64,000 bases of DNA from an uncultured euryarchaeote (GTDB lineage Archaea > Thermoplasmatota > Poseidoniia > Poseidoniales > Poseidoniaceae). The notes below the pieces were generated by a model. That model made no database searches. It was not told the DNA's origin and was given only the letters and a program-made list of their open reading frames with translations. Each line of letters begins with the position of its first letter. Within the stretch, counting starts at the first letter, position 1. Below are positions 8,492-18,023 of the stretch, one piece after another. Location of the stretch: positions 1-64,000 of the forward strand of contig CALBRH010000025.1 in the NCBI GenBank assembly GCA_937899865.1. Reading direction: 5' to 3'. Both the position numbers and the translations under genes were made by a program.

Positions 8492-9889
8492 TCAATCCTT
8501 CTTGTGTCTTGGCTTGCGCTTGCGCTTTTTACCATCTTCAGCCTCTTCACGAATAGCTCTTAGTTCACGAGAACTTTTTGCTGGTTTTCCGTCTTTTTGA
8601 CCGCCACCTTTCTTTTGTGAGACATCAACACGAATTTTCCTACCTAGTAATTCGGAACCATTTAGTTGTTTGATGACTTCATCACCCTTGTCTTTTTCTT
8701 TGAGGGTTACGAAAGCAAAGCCCTTTGGCCTACCTCCATTATCGGTGACAATATTTACATCAACGACAGTACCATGTTTACTGAATAATTCTTGCAAAGC
8801 GTCTTTTTCTGCCTTGAATGGGAGATTGCCAACATAAAATTTCATGCCTTCAACCTCTCTTCGACCTTTATTCTTACCTTTCTTGTCATCGCTGTCAGCA
8901 TCTCTGACACCAATTCTACGACCATTGATTCGATGCCCGTCTAATTCCTTAGCAGCTGCTTCAGCTACTGATTTTTCATGATAAGTAACGAATCCAAATC
9001 CTCGGTTAGCGCCACTATCATCGGTTGGGACAAAGCAATCCGCCATATCGCCGAATTTAGAGAACATTTCACGTAATTCCTCTGTGCCAATTTCTCTTGG
9101 TAAACCGCCAACAAATAATTTACAGCCAGGTTTTGCTTTTTGACGCTGACCACCGGTAGATTGTTGTCCTTCAAAGCGGAAATAATTGCGCTCTCGACCA
9201 TCTTCACGGAAATCTTCTGAAATGAATGTCGCACGGCCGGATGGTCCTTTGGCAAATAATGCTTCAGCCTCACTACCCCAGCGCTTGCCAGAGTTGTTTA
9301 GCACGCTTGCACCTTGGTCAAGTTCAGCCCAGCCAGCGCCAAAGTTATCCGCAAGCGCTCTAAATGAGCGATACTCACAACTTTGACAATTAACATTCCA
9401 ATCACCTTGTGCTTCAGCAACTAAAGTATCTCCACAGGATGGGCAAATTGCATGTAATACGCCACAATCATCTCGTTCTCTAAAATCAATTCTTACCACT
9501 GGTGAGACTTCTTTGATTTGAGCACGACAAATATCTCTACGACGAACCGCATCTGCGGTTTGATGCATGTATCGATCCACTAGTCCAGTGACATGAAAAT
9601 GTCCATACAGATGGGTAGGTAAAAGGTCACCAGGTTTGCCTTCAACGCATAGGATTCTAGCCTCACCATTCTTTTCATTGAGTTTCTCAATTTGACAAAT
9701 AACAGTGTCTCCAACACTTGGAGTTAGAACCTCTTTGACCGGAATAACGGAGCCTACACCATTGTCGATACTGAAATTTCCAACCATAGTAGCCAAGATT
9801 AGGCCATCAACTTCTATTGTTCCTTCACCAGCCTCACATTTAGAAGTGGTTGATACTTGCATTCCTGGGGTGACGAGGCTCGCCGTCAT
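8492..9889 (-). CDS. csl4: Exosome cap protein Csl4 fused to two RRM domains and a basic tail
   Basis: N-terminus LVTPG...GEGT, S1 domain (PSVGDTVICQI, RRRDICRAQI) and zinc ribbon (CPSC...CQSC). Then RRM1 KLFVGGL...RGFGFVTY, RRM2 KFYVGNL...KGFAFVTL and a KKRKRKPRHKK tail. Start moved to ATG 9889. Confidence 0.85.
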   Translation of the reverse strand: MTASLVTPGMQVSTTSKCEAGEGTIEVDGLILATMVGNFSIDNGVGSVIPVKEVLTPSVGDTVICQIEKLNEKNGEARILCVEGKPGDLLPTHLYGHFHVTGLVDRYMHQTADAVRRRDICRAQIKEVSPVVRIDFRERDDCGVLHAICPSCGDTLVAEAQGDWNVNCQSCEYRSFRALADNFGAGWAELDQGASVLNNSGKRWGSEAEALFAKGPSGRATFISEDFREDGRERNYFRFEGQQSTGGQRQKAKPGCKLFVGGLPREIGTEELREMFSKFGDMADCFVPTDDSGANRGFGFVTYHEKSVAEAAAKELDGHRINGRRIGVRDADSDDKKGKNKGRREVEGMKFYVGNLPFKAEKDALQELFSKHGTVVDVNIVTDNGGRPKGFAFVTLKEKDKGDEVIKQLNGSELLGRKIRVDVSQKKGGGQKDGKPAKSSRELRAIREEAEDGKKRKRKPRHKKD

Positions 9890-9998
9890 TGTCTTACATC
9901 CTAAGCAATTGTGGCCCGATGTAGGTCGCACAATCTTCGCTTATGTCGATGGGCGGGTTTATCCCTTTTGAATCCATCATACGGAATGCCAACTAATC

Positions 9999-10652
9999 TC
10001 AATCCTCTAAATCCGGTATTTGAGCGTCACCAGGTTTGTGGAAACGCCAACACTTGACTTCAGTTTCACCCATTTTTCTACTTTGATGTGAATATTTTGG
10101 CGGTAGTCTGAAGTTACTTTGGAATACAATTTCATTTTCATAACCATATGATTTGCCTAATTCTTCTAAATGAGTTGCTCTAGCAGAATGCATAACATAC
10201 ATTGATTTTGGTTGTAATTCAAATCCGTATTCCAATAATGGGCGGTCAGCTTTACTATTTTGGAAACCCCAAGGTGGATTCATAATTACAATGTCACAAG
10301 AAATCTCTTTTGGAGGCTCATCAACACCAATCATACAGTTGATCGTATTGATATTAACAGAATATTTGGCCATAACATTAGCACTATTTTGTATAGCGAC
10401 TTTTGCTACATCATCATCTGCTTCAATTAATATCACATTACTTGCTCCTAAAATCCCACAACCGATTCCCAATATTCCATTACCAGCACCAATATCGACA
10501 ATGGTTTTGTCATTGAGAGAATCAAGTTGGTCAACCGCTAAAGCAAAAAAAGCTGCCAAATCTCCTTCTGTAGCATATTGCTCAAGGTTAGCAGAATGCT
10601 GAGGATGTGGAGTTAATTTGGACAATTCAATGGCCAAATGTTTGGGCCGCAA
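9999..10652 (-). CDS. METTL5-like N6-adenine RNA methyltransferase (COG2263-like)
   Basis: LEQYATEGDLA, SAM-binding DIGAGNGILG and catalytic NPPW motif; this family is commonly found next to csl4 in archaea. Confidence 0.85.
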   Translation of the reverse strand: MRPKHLAIELSKLTPHPQHSANLEQYATEGDLAAFFALAVDQLDSLNDKTIVDIGAGNGILGIGCGILGASNVILIEADDDVAKVAIQNSANVMAKYSVNINTINCMIGVDEPPKEISCDIVIMNPPWGFQNSKADRPLLEYGFELQPKSMYVMHSARATHLEELGKSYGYENEIVFQSNFRLPPKYSHQSRKMGETEVKCWRFHKPGDAQIPDLED

Positions 10653-10656
10653 GACA

Positions 10657-10923
10657 TCACCAACCTGGTGATCTGTATTGTTGATTATTCATTCTGGCAG
10701 CGGCTTCAGATTGTTGGCGCATAGCTTCTAAACGAGCGTACGCATCATTCTGTGCATTCACTTGTTGCTGTTGCATTTGAATACGTAGAAGGCGAATCTG
10801 TTCTGCCTCGGAGCGTAATCTTGCAAGTAATTGTTCGCTAGGCTGAGCCGTGCCACAAAACCGACAGAATCTAACACCGTCATGGTGTTGGTTGCCGCAA
10901 TTAACACAAAAGCCCATAACCAA
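10657..10923 (-). CDS. Small double-zinc-ribbon protein with Gln-rich coiled-coil tail
   Basis: CVNC-x10-CRFC followed by a helical Q/R/E-rich segment. Confidence 0.65.
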   Translation of the reverse strand: MVMGFCVNCGNQHHDGVRFCRFCGTAQPSEQLLARLRSEAEQIRLLRIQMQQQQVNAQNDAYARLEAMRQQSEAAARMNNQQYRSPGW

Positions 10924-10956
10924 TCCTCTCCGTCGTCATATTTGAGTCAATCGTTA

Positions 10957-11976
10957 TTATTGCATGGCCGTTAATTGAAGGAAGACCGGCCATGTTTCAA
11001 AACCAGTCGCCATTGCGCGTTCGCTAATATCTTCCCATCGTGGATCATCCATCATGTCAGAAGGCTCTACCCCTGCTTCAATTAATTCAGTTACTAATGC
11101 TCTAAATTCAATTTCAACATCAGACATTTCAACAATTTCTTCCTCTTCTTCGAAAACAGGAATTTCAACGTTATCAACTGCAATAGGAGCTTGGGATAGT
11201 TCTACTTCATCGACAATAGGGATTTCTTTAACTATGTCCGAAGGTAATTTTACATTGACTACTTCTTCAACTTGTGTGGTAATATCTTCCATCATTTGAT
11301 TGGAGAAATTATCCAAAACAGCATCAAGTTGGGCTTCCTCTTCAGTTTTTATTTGTGGAGGCAAGGCCTCAACAGGAGCTTCTTGTATGGTTATTTGTGA
11401 TTTTTTGACCAACCTTCCTACACCGAGAACTTCAGCCTGTTGTCTTGCTAATTCAGCAGCCTGTCTACGTGGTAGTGATACGAAACATTTGCCAGGAATT
11501 GAATTTGGTGGGAATGGGAGGTAGTAATTGTCCAATTCTTTAACTTCTGGATGTCTAAAACATAATACATTCATCATCTCAAAAGGACGTTGTGCAGGTA
11601 AACCCATGGAAAAGGGAACTGGCATAACATTAATTGTCCCGCGTAACCATTTTTCTTGTCCTATCAAATGTTGCATCCAAGGTCCTAAATCTAAGCTGGC
11701 AATATCTACGAACTGGAAAGAAGCAGAACGTGAATCAAAGCCTTGGTCTTCGAGAAGTTTTGCTTCATCTCTTGGTCGATGGAAAACAGTCATGACCGGT
11801 TGTCCATGTTCAACCATATCGCCATGCAACTCCATCATTTTACGATGATTGCGAGGAAACATCAACAATATTAACATCCGTGCAGCCTTTTCATCCCAAA
11901 TTTCATCCCATCTGGATTCGGCTTCAACATATAGTTGGCCAATGGTCATGTCCGGTATCATTGCGGTGATTCCCAT
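10957..11976 (-). CDS. Hypothetical protein (globular N-terminus, acidic linker, small C-terminal helical domain)
   Basis: 339-aa ORF co-oriented with and tightly packed between neighbours; no family recognised. Confidence 0.65.
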   Translation of the reverse strand: MGITAMIPDMTIGQLYVEAESRWDEIWDEKAARMLILLMFPRNHRKMMELHGDMVEHGQPVMTVFHRPRDEAKLLEDQGFDSRSASFQFVDIASLDLGPWMQHLIGQEKWLRGTINVMPVPFSMGLPAQRPFEMMNVLCFRHPEVKELDNYYLPFPPNSIPGKCFVSLPRRQAAELARQQAEVLGVGRLVKKSQITIQEAPVEALPPQIKTEEEAQLDAVLDNFSNQMMEDITTQVEEVVNVKLPSDIVKEIPIVDEVELSQAPIAVDNVEIPVFEEEEEIVEMSDVEIEFRALVTELIEAGVEPSDMMDDPRWEDISERAMATGFETWPVFLQLTAMQ

Positions 11977-12029
11977 TGCGCACCAGTATAACGGACTGTG
12001 AACAATACTTTAGGCATACCGTATCGAAG

Positions 12030-13085
12030 TTAGGCATTTTTTGATAGAACAAATTCGGCCAAGTAGACTAAGCCGCCAGCAGCCCCACGAACCGTATTGT
12101 GCGAATAAGCACTAAACGAAATGATTGTTCCACTAATTGTAATATTTCCTACAACGATAGACATTCCAGTTTTCAAATCTATTACCGGATTTGGTTCGCT
12201 TTCAAAATCAAATCCATCAGTCCAAAGATGTTGTTTTGGATTGATTTCATCAACGACATGTACCGCTTTAAGTGGACCACTTGGCAGCTCACTGAATGTT
12301 GTTATCGAATCGATTTCATCAATAAAATCGCTCAATGTAATTTCATGTTCTGTTTCAACTTCGACAAAAACTTGATGCCCGTCTTTTCGAGCAATTCGTT
12401 GACATATTATATCGGTGTTAAAGTCAGCAGGAGTAACATGTCCAAAAGACAAATCTCCACTGACATGGAGTAACTCTGCTGCTGTTTTTTCCGCCTCATG
12501 TTCTATATGTGGATTGACCTTGCCGGCTAGTGCTTGTTCATCGAACAATAATTCCCATCCTGCACCTGATAGGGCTTGTTCACTACGCATTTTGACAGAT
12601 TTTATTGTGGTTAATTTGCTGATGGCTGATACTGGAATTGCCAATGGAATCAATGTGCAATTAGTCGCACAATAGTGCATAGAGTCGGAGAAATGATGTG
12701 GATTGATCTCAGGAATTATCATCGGAATACCGGTTTTTCTGCGGTATGCACTAGCATTAGAGAATACCATTATACCAGATTCTGTTAACCGTTTTTCAAC
12801 TTCTTTAGCAACTGATGATGGTAAGCCAGAAAAGGCAAATCTGATGCCTAATTTGTGACACTCCTCACTCAATATAGTTGAATTAGCATCGAGTATGGTC
12901 AAGTTTGGTAAACTTGGTCTCCCTTCTTCTAATCGCCATGGAATAGAGTCCAATTCATTACCAGCAGTTGTCTTACTACCTGCGACTGCACCGATTTCAA
13001 ACATTGGATGATTGGCTAATCGCTGTTGTAGTCTTTGGCCAACAAGCCCGCTTGCACCGAGAATTAGGCACTTGTGGCGGCTCAT
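12030..13085 (-). CDS. asd: Aspartate-semialdehyde dehydrogenase
   Basis: GASGLVGQ Rossmann motif, SNASAYR, IPEINP, NCT catalytic Cys, QALSGAG, HNTVRGAAGG. Confidence 0.85.
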   Translation of the reverse strand: MSRHKCLILGASGLVGQRLQQRLANHPMFEIGAVAGSKTTAGNELDSIPWRLEEGRPSLPNLTILDANSTILSEECHKLGIRFAFSGLPSSVAKEVEKRLTESGIMVFSNASAYRRKTGIPMIIPEINPHHFSDSMHYCATNCTLIPLAIPVSAISKLTTIKSVKMRSEQALSGAGWELLFDEQALAGKVNPHIEHEAEKTAAELLHVSGDLSFGHVTPADFNTDIICQRIARKDGHQVFVEVETEHEITLSDFIDEIDSITTFSELPSGPLKAVHVVDEINPKQHLWTDGFDFESEPNPVIDLKTGMSIVVGNITISGTIISFSAYSHNTVRGAAGGLVYLAEFVLSKNA

Positions 13086-13121
13086 GACGGATGGTCAAAG
13101 TCATCAAATTTGATTCCTTGC

Positions 13122-13910
13122 TTAATCCATGTCGAGATTACCTTTGCCAGTTATTACTTCAACTGGGGTTGAGAAAATGCGCCTAACTAACAATTTTTTG
13201 AAGATAATCCATCCATCTACAATCGAACCAAGTTTTGCTTCACCGATTCTTGAACGATAGTTAATTGGTATTGACTTGATCATAATTTTTTCTTTAACAC
13301 ATGAAGCATACATTTCCGCTTCAATTTCAAATCGCATCGAGTTTAATTTTAATTTAGCAATGGCTGATTTAGTAAAAGCCCAATAACCAGTGCACAAATC
13401 ATTAGTTGTAACACCATAAAGAGCTGAAGCAATCCAGGTTAACATGTGGTTGCCAAAATAATTCATTCTAGTCATTGCACCAGGTTCAATATTGCCTCGC
13501 AACCTATCGCCAATAACTACCTCATTATTATTTAATTTAGTAACAAATTTTGGTATTTCAGTTGGGTCATAAGTGCCATCAGCATCTAACATAACTAATG
13601 CATCTTTGTTTAGGGATAGGAATTTATTGAATCCAGTCCTCATCGCTGCACCCTTTCCATATCCTGCTTGTTTGATCACTTTGCAATCAAATTCCTTGGC
13701 GATTTCAACAGACAAGTCTTTACTTCCTCCATCGATTACCCAAACATCGGTTTGCCATCCTAATTTGGTTAATTCTTCTCGAGGAATTAACGGTAAAATC
13801 TCTCGTAAACCATACTCCTCATCTAAAGTGGGAAGCATCACTATGAGATTCTTCATTGTCTGTGACATCATATCTTCGGTTTTGATGCCTTCTATTGATT
13901 GTACAATCAA
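13122..13910 (-). CDS. Glycosyltransferase family 2 (polyprenol-phosphate sugar synthase-like)
   Basis: LPTLDEE, IDGGSKD, GKGAAM, DADG (DxD), DLCTGY and FEIEAE, typical of DPM1-like GT2. Confidence 0.85.
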   Translation of the reverse strand: MIVQSIEGIKTEDMMSQTMKNLIVMLPTLDEEYGLREILPLIPREELTKLGWQTDVWVIDGGSKDLSVEIAKEFDCKVIKQAGYGKGAAMRTGFNKFLSLNKDALVMLDADGTYDPTEIPKFVTKLNNNEVVIGDRLRGNIEPGAMTRMNYFGNHMLTWIASALYGVTTNDLCTGYWAFTKSAIAKLKLNSMRFEIEAEMYASCVKEKIMIKSIPINYRSRIGEAKLGSIVDGWIIFKKLLVRRIFSTPVEVITGKGNLDMD

Positions 13911-16225
13911 ACATCAATTTCTAACCAATGAAGCCGAATTCCAGTAGTATCCAGTATTCTATCTCCACGACCAGAAAATCCAGACGGATTTATCCAAGTG
14001 CTTGAAGAAGCGGACTCATGCCAAGTAATTTCCATTGTGATTTGAGTCAATGTTTCATTTAGGCTAAAACAGTGAGTATGCCACCCTGAATCGGTTTGTT
14101 TTATTGTAGATTGTTGGCTGCCAACTTTAACTGTAAAATCATCGATGTTACCGATTGACTCAAAGAACAAACAACTGTTTGAATTTACAAATACAGTTCT
14201 ACTCAAATCAAAATCAACGATCGTATTTTTTCCTTCTTCAACGAATGCCCGGTAGTCTTGATTCATTTGTCCAATGTTTTCATAGCGATTTTCACGCCAA
14301 GGGTCGAGACGCATTTCACAGTTTTCAGAACAAGAACTCTCATTTACCGGAGCAAGTGTAGATTGCTGAGAGTTGCCAGATGGATTAAATTGCCATAATC
14401 TACTGCCATCAAAATCTTCGATTATAGACCAATATCTTGATTCAGCAAGACTCCATCCGATGGTACCAATTGGTGAACTAATCGCATAATCAATACCTAA
14501 TTGACTTATTCTTGTGATATTGTCATGTTTTATTGCAGAGGTTGCCAATGGATGGATAGTTTCATCAATCTTTAGTAGTCCAAGCGAAGGAATGCTGGTG
14601 GTTTCTAAACCGTTTGGCAAATCAAAAACATATCCCCAGTGGTTGTTTTCGGTATAGATTATACTATTTTCAGGTAGATTTTCAATAGCTTCACGAATCT
14701 CCAAGTCACCATCAGTTACTGGCCTCAACTCATCATGTTGAGCAATTTGGATTGTTATGATGTTAGCGATGATAATCGCTACAAGAACAGATGCAGTAAG
14801 TATCCTGGCAAATTTTTCATTTGTAGTCGGGTCCCAATTTATTGAAAGTAAGCCACGTTTTGAATCCAGAGAATTTAGCCCGGTTGCTGGGCTTAACCAT
14901 AAAGCACTCAATGCAGCAAGTGGAATGTGGAATGCATGCAATCCCATAGAGTATAATGTGTAAGATAACAAAGAGAGCACTGGTATATCTTGCAATCCTT
15001 CAATCAAATGGATGGCAGTAAGCAGCCAAAGCATTGCAATCCAAGAGATTAACAAACGTCCTTCGACAGTTTTTCTCAACTTCCATCCAGCGAAAAATGA
15101 GAATAATAGTAACAATCCATTGTAAGTTACCAATGGCCTACCACCTTGCCAACCGTATTCTGCAAACACCGCAGCATCTAACATTCTTGGTGCGAGGAAA
15201 ACTACTGAAATAGCTGCAGCAATGGTGATTAGAATAGAGCATGCGAGTAATAATTTTTGTAAATTTTCACTGTATTCTGCACGTAGACTTAATCCAATAA
15301 TGATGTGTGCAATCATCATTGTCCCTAGGTATATCGCACCTGTAGGGTGAATTAGTGCAACACAAGATACTGCTATTATGAATCCTCTAGTATGGTGCGA
15401 GCCTCTACTGGAAGATGGACGTAAAAGCACAAGAAGTCCAACTACCAAACCTAGTTGACTTGCTACAGTAGGATAACCTGAATCATATGCTTTGGCAAAT
15501 AAGCCAAAACCTAGGGCCATTGTAACGAAGAATTGACCGCCTGCGCCATGATGATCCATCGCACCAGCCGCCCCAATTATCAAAATCGCTAATGTGTAAT
15601 GTCCTAACAAAAATACTGCCTTTCCAGAACTTATTCCTAAACTGGTGGCTAACCAACCTGCTAAGGCAGGAAAGGCTGGTGGGTATGTCCATGAACCTTC
15701 ATTTACACCTGTAAGAATCATATTGCCGTTTTCAGCAATTTGTCCAGCAAGTACAGCAAAACCAATCCAATCAACACCGAATGGTAACTTTTGAAACAGA
15801 GGTAATAACAAAACACCAGAACATAAAACTGCACCGACAATAATGCCCAATCTGTATCTATTTGATTGGAACCATCGTTGAGTTGCCACTTCGTCACTAA
15901 TCTCTTGGTCTTCACTTTCAAGAATCATACCATGCATCGCTGCCTCGAGTTTTTGCCATTGAGTTAGGCCCTTTTCTTCATTGATTCGACGTTTGAGATG
16001 AGCAATTGCTAATGTGTTCAGTAGTAAGATGACTGCTGAAGTAAGGCCCCAAGTTGACAAACCACTGAGAACTACCAAACCGCATGCACCATAAACAAGT
16101 AACAATCCTAAAGCTGGACTAAGCATTGCTTTTCTCCACTTGTCTGCAGTGCCATCAAGTACTTTGCATAGTGCATAGCCCGGAATTATGCTTATGGCTA
16201 ACAATACAATAGTAGCCACAATCAT
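13907..16225 (-). CDS. Polytopic membrane protein with extracellular C-terminal domain, probable GT-C-fold glycosyltransferase
   Basis: Many TM segments, DWIGF loop and YPPAFP motif, soluble C-terminal domain; overlaps the GT2 gene by 4 nt (TTGA). Confidence 0.55.
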   Translation of the reverse strand: MIVATIVLLAISIIPGYALCKVLDGTADKWRKAMLSPALGLLLVYGACGLVVLSGLSTWGLTSAVILLLNTLAIAHLKRRINEEKGLTQWQKLEAAMHGMILESEDQEISDEVATQRWFQSNRYRLGIIVGAVLCSGVLLLPLFQKLPFGVDWIGFAVLAGQIAENGNMILTGVNEGSWTYPPAFPALAGWLATSLGISSGKAVFLLGHYTLAILIIGAAGAMDHHGAGGQFFVTMALGFGLFAKAYDSGYPTVASQLGLVVGLLVLLRPSSSRGSHHTRGFIIAVSCVALIHPTGAIYLGTMMIAHIIIGLSLRAEYSENLQKLLLACSILITIAAAISVVFLAPRMLDAAVFAEYGWQGGRPLVTYNGLLLLFSFFAGWKLRKTVEGRLLISWIAMLWLLTAIHLIEGLQDIPVLSLLSYTLYSMGLHAFHIPLAALSALWLSPATGLNSLDSKRGLLSINWDPTTNEKFARILTASVLVAIIIANIITIQIAQHDELRPVTDGDLEIREAIENLPENSIIYTENNHWGYVFDLPNGLETTSIPSLGLLKIDETIHPLATSAIKHDNITRISQLGIDYAISSPIGTIGWSLAESRYWSIIEDFDGSRLWQFNPSGNSQQSTLAPVNESSCSENCEMRLDPWRENRYENIGQMNQDYRAFVEEGKNTIVDFDLSRTVFVNSNSCLFFESIGNIDDFTVKVGSQQSTIKQTDSGWHTHCFSLNETLTQITMEITWHESASSSTWINPSGFSGRGDRILDTTGIRLHWLEIDV

Positions 16226-16249
16226 GCTTCGTCGTAATCCATCAAGGTC

Positions 16250-16918
16250 TTGACTTTTCGGCCAATAATCAATAATATCCGTCGTTTAGCAAATGTTATG
16301 GCAGGATTCGATGCACCATTCCATCCAATTGTAAAGTTGCCAGATGAGTATTGGGTATTTGATTTTACCAAAGGCCCAAATTCATCTTGGGAGTGTCCTT
16401 TTGATTATCAAATTGGTAGGTATGATGAGCATCGACCAGGGATGTATACTACGGAGTTATTTTCAGGCGAGAGAGACTTACACGTTGGCTTAGATATTGG
16501 TGCTCCTGTCGATACAGAAGTCTTTGCTTTTGCAGATGGTGTTGTTTTCAGTAAAGGGATTAATCCTGAAGCAGGATCTTATGGGCCGACAATAATCACC
16601 GAACATAATTTGCCTATACCCACGGCGGTAGGTGCAATGGAATTGGGTGCTGCGCAGAAATTTTGGGTTCTTCATGGCCATCTTTCAACAGAATCTCTTG
16701 AGATGGTTGAGACTGGACAGGTAATAACTAAGGGACAAAACATAGCAAAAATTGGTAATGAAAGTGAAAATGGTGGCTGGCCCCCCCATGTCCACATACA
16801 ATTGTCATTGGTTGAACCAATTGGCAACGATTTGCCAGGAGTGGTTAAGTTGTCTGAAAGAGATGAAGCGCTGAAAATATATCTTGATCCAAGACTAATT
16901 ATTGGCCAAATATATTGA
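16250..16918 (+). CDS. Peptidase M23 family protein
   Basis: HVGLD (HxxxD), YGPTII.EH, LHGHL and PHVH (HxH) zinc motifs; no signal peptide seen. Confidence 0.82.
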   Translation: MTFRPIINNIRRLANVMAGFDAPFHPIVKLPDEYWVFDFTKGPNSSWECPFDYQIGRYDEHRPGMYTTELFSGERDLHVGLDIGAPVDTEVFAFADGVVFSKGINPEAGSYGPTIITEHNLPIPTAVGAMELGAAQKFWVLHGHLSTESLEMVETGQVITKGQNIAKIGNESENGGWPPHVHIQLSLVEPIGNDLPGVVKLSERDEALKIYLDPRLIIGQIY

Positions 16919-17998
16919 TTAATTCTGATCGGCTAAGAATTTCTTTAGTGAGTTGATAGGGCCAATCGCTGAGGGGTCTTTCCCATGAATTAGACCTAAT
17001 GCAATAGATAGCCAATCCATGATTATGCAAAGGTGTAAAAGTGCCTCTAATAGTGATTCACCCTCGCCATGAATACGCCATGCCATATCACTGGGAGTGT
17101 GGGCAATCATCCATTCTAAGCGCTTTACAACTCTTGAATGCATGCCATTCCATGTCAAAAACAAAATTACATTTTCTTCAACACTAAAATCAGCATCGTT
17201 GCCGACACCACCCCAAGCAACGCTTTCGTTATGATTCATTTCAGGAAAGATTCCGATTCTTGCAAAACGTGCAGAATTTTCGTTTAATTGGTTTTTGAAA
17301 CGGTTTAGAGCTGGCATTAATTCAGTAGGGCCAAGTAAGGAAATCGGTTGTGTAGCCATGTAAGATATCAGCTCAATTACATCTGAGTCATTATTATTGA
17401 TGAAATCATAATCGTTGACAATTAATTGCAACCTTTGTAGCATTGCTTCATCGTCATCACCTTCTGGCAAGAGTCCTATGCCGCGAAATAAGGCAAGTTG
17501 TCGAGCAAAGATATGACCAAATGCTGAGCGTGGAGGTTGTCCGCCGATTGAAGGAATATAGTAGCAATTGTAGTGTAATTCCGCAAGTCCTGATAGTATG
17601 CCACCGGTTGAAATTACGATAACTGTTGCACCTGCTTTCAAAGCAATTTCAGTTGCATCAATCGCTTCTTCAGTATTGCCGCTGTGTGAAGTAGAAATTA
17701 CTAGCCATTTTTCATCCCACCATGAGGGTAGAACATAATCTCGCTGGACAACCACTGGAGTCTTACCTTTTAGATTACAAAGTGCTGAAAGGAAATCTCC
17801 ACCTGCTGCAGAACCACCCATCCCTAGAGCAAGAACACCTTTCCATTCCGTATTGCCTATTTCTTCCATCCAGGGGTAACGCTCCATAGTAACATTACGT
17901 AATCCTATGCGTATATCTTCAACGAATGCTCGAGTAAAGCCAATCATGTCTTCACTATCGAGTGATGATGCTAATTCAGTGAGATTGATATCCGCCAT
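16919..17998 (-). CDS. Bifunctional phosphoglucose/phosphomannose isomerase (SIS family)
   Basis: GMGGSAAGG, STSHSGNTEE, STGG, PPRSAFG, NQLNENS, PEMNHNE and HGKDP motifs. Confidence 0.85.
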   Translation of the reverse strand: MADINLTELASSLDSEDMIGFTRAFVEDIRIGLRNVTMERYPWMEEIGNTEWKGVLALGMGGSAAGGDFLSALCNLKGKTPVVVQRDYVLPSWWDEKWLVISTSHSGNTEEAIDATEIALKAGATVIVISTGGILSGLAELHYNCYYIPSIGGQPPRSAFGHIFARQLALFRGIGLLPEGDDDEAMLQRLQLIVNDYDFINNNDSDVIELISYMATQPISLLGPTELMPALNRFKNQLNENSARFARIGIFPEMNHNESVAWGGVGNDADFSVEENVILFLTWNGMHSRVVKRLEWMIAHTPSDMAWRIHGEGESLLEALLHLCIIMDWLSIALGLIHGKDPSAIGPINSLKKFLADQN

Positions 17999-18023
17999 CG
18001 AGTGATGGATTGGCTCTTCCTTT

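Noticed and set aside
12030-13085. Possible malonyl-CoA or succinyl-CoA reductase (Asd paralog) implying carbon fixation
   Set aside because: No other 3-hydroxypropionate/4-hydroxybutyrate pathway genes are nearby; ordinary Asd is the simpler call.
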